From positions 79,045 to 143,044 of the forward strand of contig JAZNCN010000028.1 in NCBI GenBank assembly GCA_045587545.1: DNA of 64,000 bases, given 5' to 3'. The notes beneath the pieces are model-generated. The model was not told where the DNA came from. It searched no databases and worked only from the letters and a program-made list of their open reading frames with translations. This document shows, piece by piece, positions 13,263 to 22,056 of this stretch (the stretch's first letter is position 1; every line of letters starts with the position of its first letter). Source of the stretch: Candidatus Caccoplasma sp. (GTDB taxonomy: Bacteria > Bacteroidota > Bacteroidia > Bacteroidales > G3-4614). Position numbers and translations under genes: made by a program.

Positions 13263-15452
13263 ATGAATCACAAATCTTCATCATTTGAATTACTTAATAG
13301 TAAAGTCCAGAAATGGATATGGAATCAAGGTTGGACCTCCTTAAAAGAAATTCAAGAAAACTCCATACCAGTAATTTTAAAAGGGGATAGTGATGTTATT
13401 ATTAGTGCTGAAACTGCTGGAGGTAAAACAGAAGCTGTATTTTTACCAATATTGTCAAAAATAGAAGAATTTAACGAACATAATTGTAATGTTATATATA
13501 TAAGTCCATTAAAAGCTTTAATTAATGATCAGTATAGACGTCTTTTAGATATGACGAATGATTTGAGTGTTAAAGTAACACCATGGCATGGCGATGTTAA
13601 TCAAAGTACAAAAAGTAAATGGATTAAAGAACCAACAGGTATTTTGATAATAACACCTGAATCATTAGAATCATTTCTTATAAATAAACATTCAAAGATA
13701 AAAGTGTTGTTCTCTAAAGTAATGTATATTGTGGTTGATGAATTCCATTCATTTATTGGGAATGAAAGAGGGAAACAACTACAATCATTATTATCTAGAA
13801 TTGAATCTATAACGAATAGAATTATACCAAGAGTTGCTATGAGTGCAACTTTTTCAAATTATGAATCAGTTAAGGATTTTCTTAGACCAGATAAAAAGTT
13901 GATGTGTGTAATACCATCACGAGGAGAGAGTAAGCAAAATGTTCGTTTGGTAATAAAAGCATATTCAAATTCATATAATGAAGATAGTGATAATGTTGTA
14001 CATAATGATATTAGTGAAGATATTTCTAATGAAATTTTTACCAAATTAAGAGGAAGCAATAATTTGGTATTTACCAATAGTAGATCTGAAGCAGAATTTT
14101 ATTCATTTTTATTGAGAAAGAAATGTGAAGACTTAGGTGTTCCTAATGAATTCCGAGTACATCATGGAAGTCTTTCTAAAGTAGAAAGGGAAAGTATTGA
14201 AAAGGAACTTCAAATAGGAAGTGTCCCGATAACTGCTTTTTGTACATCTACACTTGAATTAGGAGTTGATATAGGCAAAGTTAAATCTATTGCACAAATA
14301 GGAGTAGTTTCATCTGTCTCTGGATTAAAACAACGTTTAGGGCGCTCAGGTAGGCGTAATGAACCAGCAGAACTTCGTGTCTTTTCAATAGAAAAAGGCA
14401 CTGGCGATATTTTATCTGATTTAAGAACAAATTTAGTTCAAAATATTGCTGTAATTGAATTACTTCTTGAACATAAATACGAAAGTTATAATATAAATAA
14501 TTATCACTTATCGACTCTAATACAGCAAATACTTTCTGTTATTGCATCATATGGAAGTTTTTATCCAGAAGAAGGTTGGAAACTTTTATGTAAGAATGGT
14601 GCATTTAAAAACATAACACCAAAACTTTTTTTGAGTGTATTAAAGTCACTTGGACAAAAAAAAGTAGTTTCTCAACTCAATAATGGTCAGATAATTATAG
14701 GGAAAGAAGGAGAATATATATTGAGTGATTTAAATTTTTACACAGCATTTATTTCTTTTAAAAACTTTTCAGTTATAGATAATGCTAGTTCAAAAAAAAT
14801 AGGGGAAATTGGTATTGTCCCAAATATTAATGATACATTGTTACTTGCTAGTAGGCAATGGGAAGTAATAAATATAGATAAAAAAAGAAAGATAATATAT
14901 GTAGAGGCAACAAATTATTCGGGTAGTGTATATTTTAATGTGAATGATGGTATCGATGTTGATAGAATAATTACAAGGAAAATGAAAGAAATATATTCTA
15001 CGAATAACACATATTTATATCTTGATAAAAAAACAAATGCTCAGCATGAATTAGATATAGCAAGAAGTGTTTATTGTAATAATGGTTTAGAAAATAATTC
15101 GATAATTAATTATAAAGATATTTCAGATGATGATTCAGACGAAATTTCAATAATTTTCACATGGGAAGGAACAAAAGTAAACAGAACAATATCATTACTT
15201 AATGAATATTTTTCAGGGAGAAAAACAAAGTATAATGAATTAGTAATAATAGGAATTAGCGAAGAGGATATACATAATATTCTAAGCAATAAAAAACCTT
15301 CAGGAGAGGAACTAGCATCTTTGTTAAGAAGGGAAGACAAGGAAAAACAAAAATATGATTATTTATTATCTAATCAACTCCTCAATATAGAATATGGTAA
15401 TACATATATAGATATTGAGAATGCTTGGGATTATCTCAGCTCCATTGTATAA
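13263..15452 (+). CDS. sngC: Lhr-like DEAD/DExH-box helicase (SngC-like)
   Basis: 729-aa ORF. Motif I AETAGGKTEA, Ia YISPLKALINDQ, II VVDEFH, III MSATFSN, VI QRLGRSGRR. There is a 10-nt gap to the ATPase gene. Confidence 0.8.
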   Translation: MNHKSSSFELLNSKVQKWIWNQGWTSLKEIQENSIPVILKGDSDVIISAETAGGKTEAVFLPILSKIEEFNEHNCNVIYISPLKALINDQYRRLLDMTNDLSVKVTPWHGDVNQSTKSKWIKEPTGILIITPESLESFLINKHSKIKVLFSKVMYIVVDEFHSFIGNERGKQLQSLLSRIESITNRIIPRVAMSATFSNYESVKDFLRPDKKLMCVIPSRGESKQNVRLVIKAYSNSYNEDSDNVVHNDISEDISNEIFTKLRGSNNLVFTNSRSEAEFYSFLLRKKCEDLGVPNEFRVHHGSLSKVERESIEKELQIGSVPITAFCTSTLELGVDIGKVKSIAQIGVVSSVSGLKQRLGRSGRRNEPAELRVFSIEKGTGDILSDLRTNLVQNIAVIELLLEHKYESYNINNYHLSTLIQQILSVIASYGSFYPEEGWKLLCKNGAFKNITPKLFLSVLKSLGQKKVVSQLNNGQIIIGKEGEYILSDLNFYTAFISFKNFSVIDNASSKKIGEIGIVPNINDTLLLASRQWEVINIDKKRKIIYVEATNYSGSVYFNVNDGIDVDRIITRKMKEIYSTNNTYLYLDKKTNAQHELDIARSVYCNNGLENNSIINYKDISDDDSDEISIIFTWEGTKVNRTISLLNEYFSGRKTKYNELVIIGISEEDIHNILSNKKPSGEELASLLRREDKEKQKYDYLLSNQLLNIEYGNTYIDIENAWDYLSSIV

Positions 15453-15735
15453 TTAATGATTATTACACTTAATTAATACTATGGAATACTTATTTGGGCA
15501 GTCTGTCCATAAAGCTATAAACTTAGGAGAAAGAATAAATATAGAGAAATAATGTATCAAAATTAAATAAAAAGATTATACTGTATTTATTCGTAAATAA
15601 ATGTAATGAAGTTTATTTTATAGTAAAAAAATATACTAATTACTAATATATATTATAATGATGTTGATAACTTAATAAGAATATTATATATAAATACAAG
15701 AATTTATTTTAATTTTGAGAAAAAGGAAAGGGAGT

Positions 15736-15837
15736 ATGTCAAATATAGTATATTTATTAGGAGCAGGAGCTAGTTATGGAAACAAAAATAGAGTATATTA
15801 TTATAATAATAGAGCAAATAATCAACCAGAAAGATGA
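15736..15837 (+). CDS. 33-codon mini-ORF (MSNIVYLLGAGASYGNKNRVYYYNNRANNQPER) coupled to the AbiH-like gene
   Basis: Preceded by an atypical purine-rich SD-like aaaggaaagggagt. Its TGA overlaps the downstream ATG (ATGA at 15834-15837). It could be a gene remnant and is not in the ORF track (<60 aa). Confidence 0.25.
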   Translation: MSNIVYLLGAGASYGNKNRVYYYNNRANNQPER

Positions 15838-16787
15838 ATGAAAATACACTTATAATAGGAAATGGATTTGATTTAGATTTAGGTTTAAAAACAAATTATT
15901 TAGATTTTGCAGATTCAACATATTGGCCAAAGTTAGAAAGTATATATAAACCATACTTAAAATCAAAATTAGAAGAAAGGATATCAGATAATCCTTGTTG
16001 GTTTGACATAGAAGAAGAACTACTTAAATATGCAACTATTGATAAATCTAATAAGACACTAAAAGATTACGCTTCATATAATAATAAAATAGATCAAGAT
16101 TTCTTTAATAAATTATTATCTGGCTTTTGCGAATATTTAGAAAATGAAGAAAAAAAAGATATAATAAAAGATTCATATGCAGCAAAAGTTTTAAGTAGTG
16201 TAGTATTAAATGGATATTTTGAGCATATATACTCATTTAATTATACTAATTTAAACACTTTCGCAAAACGCTTAAATATAACAAAAGATATAAATTATAA
16301 TCATATTCATGGTAAGATAAAAGATAGGTCAATTATTCTTGGAGTAAATGAAAGTCAAAAACTTATATCCAACTATGAGTTTTTATACAAATCATCTAGC
16401 CCATATTATAAAAGCAATAATCTTGACAGTGATTTATTTAATTCCAAAGAAGTTGTAATATTTGGATTGTCATTTGGACATATTGATTTTCAATATTTTG
16501 ACTATTTTTTCAAATCAATATTAGATGCTAAGATAATTCCCTCAGATAAAAAGAAACATATAACTATTTTTACCAAAGATGATAATTCAAGAATGGAAAT
16601 TTTAAAAAAACTTAGAGATAAGCAAATTATAGTTACTGATTTATACCAGAAATCTTATTTTGAAATAATAAAAACTACAGACCCTAAAGATATAGATAAA
16701 TTAGACTCATTTATTAAAAGACTAAATAATAATAGCATTGATAAATTTAATGAAAATTTATCTAAATTAGAGAGAATGATATACTAA
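15834..16787 (+). CDS. AbiH-like abortive-infection family protein
   Basis: 317-aa ORF. The N-terminal LIIGNGFDLDLGLKTNYLDF matches the hallmark N-terminus of the AbiH family. Very AT-rich. Sits next to the Shango-type cassette. Confidence 0.7.
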   Translation: MNENTLIIGNGFDLDLGLKTNYLDFADSTYWPKLESIYKPYLKSKLEERISDNPCWFDIEEELLKYATIDKSNKTLKDYASYNNKIDQDFFNKLLSGFCEYLENEEKKDIIKDSYAAKVLSSVVLNGYFEHIYSFNYTNLNTFAKRLNITKDINYNHIHGKIKDRSIILGVNESQKLISNYEFLYKSSSPYYKSNNLDSDLFNSKEVVIFGLSFGHIDFQYFDYFFKSILDAKIIPSDKKKHITIFTKDDNSRMEILKKLRDKQIIVTDLYQKSYFEIIKTTDPKDIDKLDSFIKRLNNNSIDKFNENLSKLERMIY

Positions 16788-16880
16788 TAATTTTTTTTGA
16801 TTATTAATTGGAAAGATTATTATTAATTCAAAATTTAAAAAGGGGATTAAACCCTGAAGGATATAAACTTTTATAACACA

Positions 16881-16906
16881 ATAAAGCCCCAAGTTTGGGG
16901 CTTTAT
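16881..16906. terminator. bidirectional hairpin terminator (ataaagcccca-agtt-tggggctttat)
   Basis: 11-bp perfect stem between the convergent AbiH-like (+) and nrdJ (-) genes. Confidence 0.6.
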
Positions 16907-16938
16907 TCGTATTATTGTTTTTGTGATTTGGCAATTAA

Positions 16939-16966
16939 TTTCTAATTACTCATTACTAATTCCTAA
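16939..16966 (-). repeat. heptamer repeats TTAGNAA x4 (minus strand) immediately after the nrdJ stop
   Basis: The plus strand reads tttctaa ttactca ttactaa ttcctaa. This has the same 7-bp TTAG periodicity as the thiC array, in the orientation of the upstream gene. Confidence 0.7.
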
Positions 16967-16976
16967 TTGAAATTAA

Positions 16977-19511
16977 TTATCCGCATTTTGAGTATCCGCA
17001 AGTTGGACAGCGCAAACAGCCTTCTTGGTAGATTAGTGTTTCGCCACATTTAGGACATGTTTGTCCGGTTGCTTTTGTTCCACTGGGAATATATTTCTTT
17101 AATGCGCGCTCTACACCATTTTTCCAAGTATTGATTGATTCGCTATCAAGTTGCAAACTTGATACCAACTTCATTACTTTGTCTATTGGCATTCCGTAGC
17201 GTAATACTCCTGATATTAGTTTTGCATAGTTCCAATACTCGGGATCAAACTTTTCTGATAGTCCTTCAACGGTTGTTTTATATCCACGTTTGTTACGGAA
17301 TTGGAAGTCGTAGTGTTTGTTTCCGTCTGCATCGGTTACTTTGATGATTTTACCTCGCTCTACGCTCTTTGGTATCAACAAGCCCTCTTCATCATCGGCA
17401 AGTCCGGTAAAGATTTCGTATGGGCGTCCGTTTTGTAATCCGATGAATGCAATCCATTTTTCGCGATTGTTTTGGAAACGTACTACATCTGCATCTAACT
17501 CTGCAGGGCGTACTAAATCGTGGTGTACTACCTCTTGTTCGCATGGGCATGGAGTTTTTTTGTCGTCCATTGATATTAGAACTCCTGCTCGTGAGCCATC
17601 GCGATATACGGTACAGCCTTTACAGCCCGATTTCCATGCTTCTACGTATAGTTTGTTTACCAACTCTTCTGTTACATCTGATGGAAGGTTGATTGTTACG
17701 CTGATTGAGTGGTCAACCCACTTTTGTACGCGTCCTTGCATTTTTACTTTTTCCAACCAATCTACATCGTTTGATGCTGCTTTGTAGTAAGGCGATTTTG
17801 ATACCAACTCTTCAATCTCCTCGGGTGTGTAACGCTCTTTTTTCTCGTAACCGTTTATCTCCATCCAAGTTAGGAATTTATGGTGGAATACGGTGTATTC
17901 TTCAAATGCGTCTCCGTTCTCATCGGTAAAGTCAACGTGAACATCAGTGTCGTTGGGGTTTACTTTGCGACGACGACGATATACGGGCATAAACACCGGC
18001 TCAATTCCTGATGTTGTTTGACTCATCATACTTGTTGTTCCTGTTGGCGCAATTGTCAAACATGCAATGTTACGACGACCGTATTTTACCATATCTGAAT
18101 ACAAATCTGCATCTGCCTCTTTTAGACGGTTGATGAATGGGTTGTTCTCTTCGCGTTTTGCATCGAATATCTCAAATGCTCCACGCTCTTGCGCCATCTC
18201 AACTGATGATTTGTATGCTGCTATTGCTAGTGCTTTGTGAACACTCTCTGAGAAGTCTGTAGCCTCGGGAGTTCCGTATTGCAAGCCCATGGCTGCTATC
18301 ATATCGCCTTCGGCTGTTGTTCCTACTCCTGTACGACGTCCTTTTAATGTTTTAGTGCGTATTTTGTTCCACAAACATAACTCTGTATTTTTTACCTCGT
18401 CTGTTTCGGGGTCTGAGTTTATCTTCTCAATTATCTTTTCGATTTTCTCCATTTCAAGGTCGATGATATCGTCCATGATACGTTGTGCTACGCGTACGTG
18501 TGATTTAAATAGGTCAAAATCGAAATATGCTTCGGGGGTGAATGGGTTTATTACGTATGAATAAAGGTTAATTGCCAACAAACGACAGCTGTCGTATGGA
18601 CATAGGGGTATCTCTCCACATGGGTTTGTTGAGATTGTACGGAAACCAAGGTCGGCATAACAATCGGGTACCGACTCACGTGAGATTGTATCCCAAAACA
18701 GTACTCCAGGCTCTGCTGATTTCCATGCGTTATGTACAATTTTTTCCCATATTGCTTTTGCATCTACCTCTTTTGTTACTGTTGGATTATCTGAGTCAAC
18801 AGGGTATTTTTGCATAAATGGTTTGCCCTCTGTTGCTGCTTGCATAAATTCATCTGTTATGCGTACTGACACGTTAGCTCCTGTTACTTTGCCCTCGGTC
18901 ATTTTTGCATCGATGAACGATTCTGAGTCAGGGTGATTAATTGATACACTTAACATTAAGGCTCCACGGCGTCCATCTTGTGCTACCTCGCGTGTTGAGT
19001 TTGAGTAACGCTCCATAAAGGGCACTAAGCCTGTTGATGTTAAAGCTGAGTTTTTTACGGGTGAACCTTTGGGACGTATGTGTGATAGGTCGTGTCCTAC
19101 TCCTCCGCGACGTTTCATTAATTGTACTTGCTCCTCATCAATTTTCATAATGCCGCCGTATGAATCGGCATTGCCCTCCATTCCAATCACAAAACAGTTA
19201 GAGAGTGAGCCTACTTGATAATTATTTCCGATTCCACTCATAGGACTTCCTTGTGGTATTATATAACGGAAGTTACGGAAGAGATCCATTAATTGCTCTT
19301 CTGTCATGGGGTTCGCATATTTTTTCTCTATGCGTGCTACCTCTTTTGCCAAACGACGATGCATATCTTCAGGTGTCTTTTCGTAAATGTTTCCGAAAGA
19401 GTCCTTCAATGCATATTTGTTTACCCATACTCTGGCTGCCAATTCGTCGCCTCCAAAGTACTCAATTGTTGCCTTTACGGCTTCATCGAAAGAATAAATC
19501 TTCTGACTCAT
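16977..19511 (-). CDS. nrdJ: adenosylcobalamin-dependent ribonucleotide reductase (class II)
   Basis: 844-aa ORF with conserved RNR blocks (NPCGEI, active-site region). C-terminal Zn-ribbon CPKCG...CPTCG. All + strand ORFs inside it are shadow ORFs. Confidence 0.9.
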   Translation of the reverse strand: MSQKIYSFDEAVKATIEYFGGDELAARVWVNKYALKDSFGNIYEKTPEDMHRRLAKEVARIEKKYANPMTEEQLMDLFRNFRYIIPQGSPMSGIGNNYQVGSLSNCFVIGMEGNADSYGGIMKIDEEQVQLMKRRGGVGHDLSHIRPKGSPVKNSALTSTGLVPFMERYSNSTREVAQDGRRGALMLSVSINHPDSESFIDAKMTEGKVTGANVSVRITDEFMQAATEGKPFMQKYPVDSDNPTVTKEVDAKAIWEKIVHNAWKSAEPGVLFWDTISRESVPDCYADLGFRTISTNPCGEIPLCPYDSCRLLAINLYSYVINPFTPEAYFDFDLFKSHVRVAQRIMDDIIDLEMEKIEKIIEKINSDPETDEVKNTELCLWNKIRTKTLKGRRTGVGTTAEGDMIAAMGLQYGTPEATDFSESVHKALAIAAYKSSVEMAQERGAFEIFDAKREENNPFINRLKEADADLYSDMVKYGRRNIACLTIAPTGTTSMMSQTTSGIEPVFMPVYRRRRKVNPNDTDVHVDFTDENGDAFEEYTVFHHKFLTWMEINGYEKKERYTPEEIEELVSKSPYYKAASNDVDWLEKVKMQGRVQKWVDHSISVTINLPSDVTEELVNKLYVEAWKSGCKGCTVYRDGSRAGVLISMDDKKTPCPCEQEVVHHDLVRPAELDADVVRFQNNREKWIAFIGLQNGRPYEIFTGLADDEEGLLIPKSVERGKIIKVTDADGNKHYDFQFRNKRGYKTTVEGLSEKFDPEYWNYAKLISGVLRYGMPIDKVMKLVSSLQLDSESINTWKNGVERALKKYIPSGTKATGQTCPKCGETLIYQEGCLRCPTCGYSKCG

Positions 19512-19652
19512 CTCTGTGTTTTGTTAAGTGTTTTAATTAATTGTTTTGTTACTCTCTGTTTTGTTTTGATTGTATAGTGATTTTAGTAGTGCAAGTTTAG
19601 ATATAATATTTTAATTCACAAAATTATTAACTATAAAGTTTTGAACATTTTT

Positions 19653-19776
19653 AAAAGTTTTCCAAAACAAAATATTATACACTTAATTATCAATATATTA
19701 TGATTTTTAAAAATTCAAAAAGTTTCCCAAAAAGAAATTTTGTTCAAAATTTTCAAAAATAAAAGTTTTCCAAACC
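19653..19776. promoter_or_regulatory. three copies of AAAAGTTT(T/C)CCAAA in the nrdJ / nitroreductase divergent intergenic region
   Basis: Copies at 19653-19668, 19718-19732 and 19761-19776, each preceded by a ttcaaaa/tttaaaa stretch. An inverted repeat atatgtt-aaaaaa-catat follows the third copy. Confidence 0.35.
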
Positions 19777-19876
19777 GATATGTTAAAAAACATATATTAC
19801 CAAAGACAATTAAACAAATATATTGCATATTTGATTTATATTATGTAATTTAGTATCACATTTAAACTATGTATAT

Positions 19877-20620
19877 ATGAGAAATTTTGATTTTTCAAAT
19901 AGAAGGACTATCAGAACTTATTCTGACAAGAATATCTCTTCTGATTTACTTAATAATATGTTAGAGATAGCATCAAGAGCTTCTACAACCGGGAATATGC
20001 AACTTTATAGTGTTGTGATTACAAGAGAAAGCCAACGTAAAGAGCTACTTTCTCCCTTACACTTTAATCAGCCTATGATTAAAAATGCGCCTGTTGTGTT
20101 AACTTTTTGTGTTGATTATAACAGATTTTCAAAATGGTGTGAGTGTAGTAATGCCAAACCGGGATATAATAATTTTCACTCTTTTATCTCTGCGGCTCTT
20201 GATACCACAATTTATGCACAACAATTTTGTGCTATTGCCGAGAGTAAAGGTTTAGGTATATGCTATATAGGTACTACTACTTATAATGCAAAGGGGATTA
20301 TTGATGTATTGAATTTACCTAAACTAACAGTACCATTGATTACTATTACATTGGGATATCCCGAAGTTATACCTGCTTTGACTGATAGATTACCTGTTAG
20401 TGGTATAGTTCATAATGAAGTTTATAACGATTACTCGCCTAAGATGATAAAGGATATTTACTCATATAAAGAGAGTCTTGACGAAAGCAAGAAATTTATT
20501 GAAGAGAATAACAAAGAGACTCTTGCTCAAATTTTCACTGATATAAGATATAAGGAGAGCGACAACATTCATTTTTCAGAGGAGTTTATGAATGTTCTTA
20601 AATTTCAAGGTTTTCTCTAA
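19877..20620 (+). CDS. nitroreductase family protein
   Basis: 247-aa ORF. The N-terminal RRTIRTYSDK...ASRASTTGNMQ is typical of the NAD(P)H-flavin nitroreductase fold. Confidence 0.8.
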   Translation: MRNFDFSNRRTIRTYSDKNISSDLLNNMLEIASRASTTGNMQLYSVVITRESQRKELLSPLHFNQPMIKNAPVVLTFCVDYNRFSKWCECSNAKPGYNNFHSFISAALDTTIYAQQFCAIAESKGLGICYIGTTTYNAKGIIDVLNLPKLTVPLITITLGYPEVIPALTDRLPVSGIVHNEVYNDYSPKMIKDIYSYKESLDESKKFIEENNKETLAQIFTDIRYKESDNIHFSEEFMNVLKFQGFL

Positions 20621-20653
20621 TAAGTTTGACATAAATAGCATATAACAAAAAAA

Positions 20654-20668
20654 AGAGCCAATGGCTCT
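20654..20668. terminator. bidirectional terminator hairpin agagcc-aat-ggctct flanked by A and T tracts
   Basis: Lies between the convergent nitroreductase (+) and dnaA (-) genes. An A8 tract lies 5' and a T8 tract 3'. Confidence 0.65.
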
Positions 20669-20673
20669 TTTTT

Positions 20674-22056
20674 TTATCTTCTTAATGTCTCTTCTATCTC
20701 TTGAACATTTGATTTGATTGTTTTGTCAATCTCAATGAGGTCAGATATTGTTTTGCATGCATGCAATACTGTTGCATGATCTTTTTTACCTAACTCGGAT
20801 CCTATTCTTGTTAATGAGTTATCAGTATATTTTTTAGATAGATACATTGATATTTGGCGCGCTTGCACAATCTCTCTTTTACGGCATTTTGCTTGTAATA
20901 ATTGTACATCCATATTATAATATGCGCAAACTTTCTCTTTTATCAAATCTATTGTTATCTGTTTCTTCTCTATATTTACGCTTGTTGATAGAACTTTAGC
21001 GGCAAGGTCAAGATTTATCTCTTTATTCATTGTTGTTGCTCGGAACATCAATGAGGCCAACACTCCTTCAAGGTCGCGAACATTCTCTGATACATTCTTT
21101 GCCACAAATTCTGCAACATCGTCAGTGATTGGCAAACCGTCTCTGATAATTTTATTTTTTAAGATATTAAATCTTAATTCATAATCAGGACGCTCTACTT
21201 CGGCAGATAATCCCCATTTGAAACGAGATATCAAACGTGGTAATATTCCACCTAACGATACCGGAGGACGATCTGAAGACAATATCAATTGTTTATTGTT
21301 TTGATGCAAATGATTAAAAATATGGAAGAAGGTGTTTTGTGTCTGTGTTTTATCAGCCATATCTTGTATATCGTCAATCATCAATACATCAAGACTTTGA
21401 TAAAAATTTATAAAGTCAGGTACTGTATTGCTTCGTGTTGCATTAACAAATTGCAATTGAAATAAGTGTGATGATATATATAGTACACGCGCACGAGGAT
21501 TTAACTCTTTTATCTTGTGCCCTATTGCCTGCATTAAGTGAGTTTTACCAACGCCTGACTCTCCGTGTATAAATAAAGGATTAAATGCTGTTTTTCCGGG
21601 AGATTGTGCTATTGATAATCCTGCTGTTCGTGCCAACAAGTTACTTTCACCTGCATAATAGTTCTCAAACTTATAATTTGAGTTTAATTGTGGATCTAAA
21701 TCTTCATATACATTCTGCTTGAATATATTAGGAACATTTTTTGAAAATTTTACTCCACTTGTTTGTGTTACAGGAGCAACATCAACAGTTGCTGCAGGAT
21801 TCTCCACCACTCCTGCCCGATACATTAATCTTACATCATTACCATATACTTTTGTAAGAGTTTTACTTATCAAATCAAGATAATGCTCCTCTAAGTATTC
21901 ACAGAAAAACTGTGTTGGTACTCCAAGCGTAAGAATGTTATCTTCATATTTGAGCACACTTATCGGAGCAAACCAACTATTATATTGTTGTTCGCCAATA
22001 TTGTCTTTTATAATTCCGAGACAATGTGCCCATTTATTTTCACACTCAATTGTCAT
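20674..22056 (-). CDS. dnaA: chromosomal replication initiator protein DnaA
   Basis: 460-aa ORF. AAA+ Walker A GESGVGKTHL, Walker B MIDDIQ. C-terminal DnaA-box-binding domain (DHATVLHA). Confidence 0.95.
   Translation of the reverse strand: MTIECENKWAHCLGIIKDNIGEQQYNSWFAPISVLKYEDNILTLGVPTQFFCEYLEEHYLDLISKTLTKVYGNDVRLMYRAGVVENPAATVDVAPVTQTSGVKFSKNVPNIFKQNVYEDLDPQLNSNYKFENYYAGESNLLARTAGLSIAQSPGKTAFNPLFIHGESGVGKTHLMQAIGHKIKELNPRARVLYISSHLFQLQFVNATRSNTVPDFINFYQSLDVLMIDDIQDMADKTQTQNTFFHIFNHLHQNNKQLILSSDRPPVSLGGILPRLISRFKWGLSAEVERPDYELRFNILKNKIIRDGLPITDDVAEFVAKNVSENVRDLEGVLASLMFRATTMNKEINLDLAAKVLSTSVNIEKKQITIDLIKEKVCAYYNMDVQLLQAKCRKREIVQARQISMYLSKKYTDNSLTRIGSELGKKDHATVLHACKTISDLIEIDKTIKSNVQEIEETLRR

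Noticed and set aside
8365-16976. Integrase, transposase or flanking att direct repeats that would define the defence island as a mobile element.
   Set aside because: No such ORFs are present. By-eye comparison of the two boundary regions found only trivial shared words (ctgaagg-like), so no mobile_element feature is called.
17135-19577. Numerous + strand ORFs (61-156 aa) inside nrdJ, plus similar antisense ORFs inside thiC, ettA, dcp, hisB, wzc and other genes.
   Set aside because: These are shadow ORFs on the opposite strand of long, well-supported genes. They are low-complexity or Ser/Leu/Cys-rich with no recognisable motifs.
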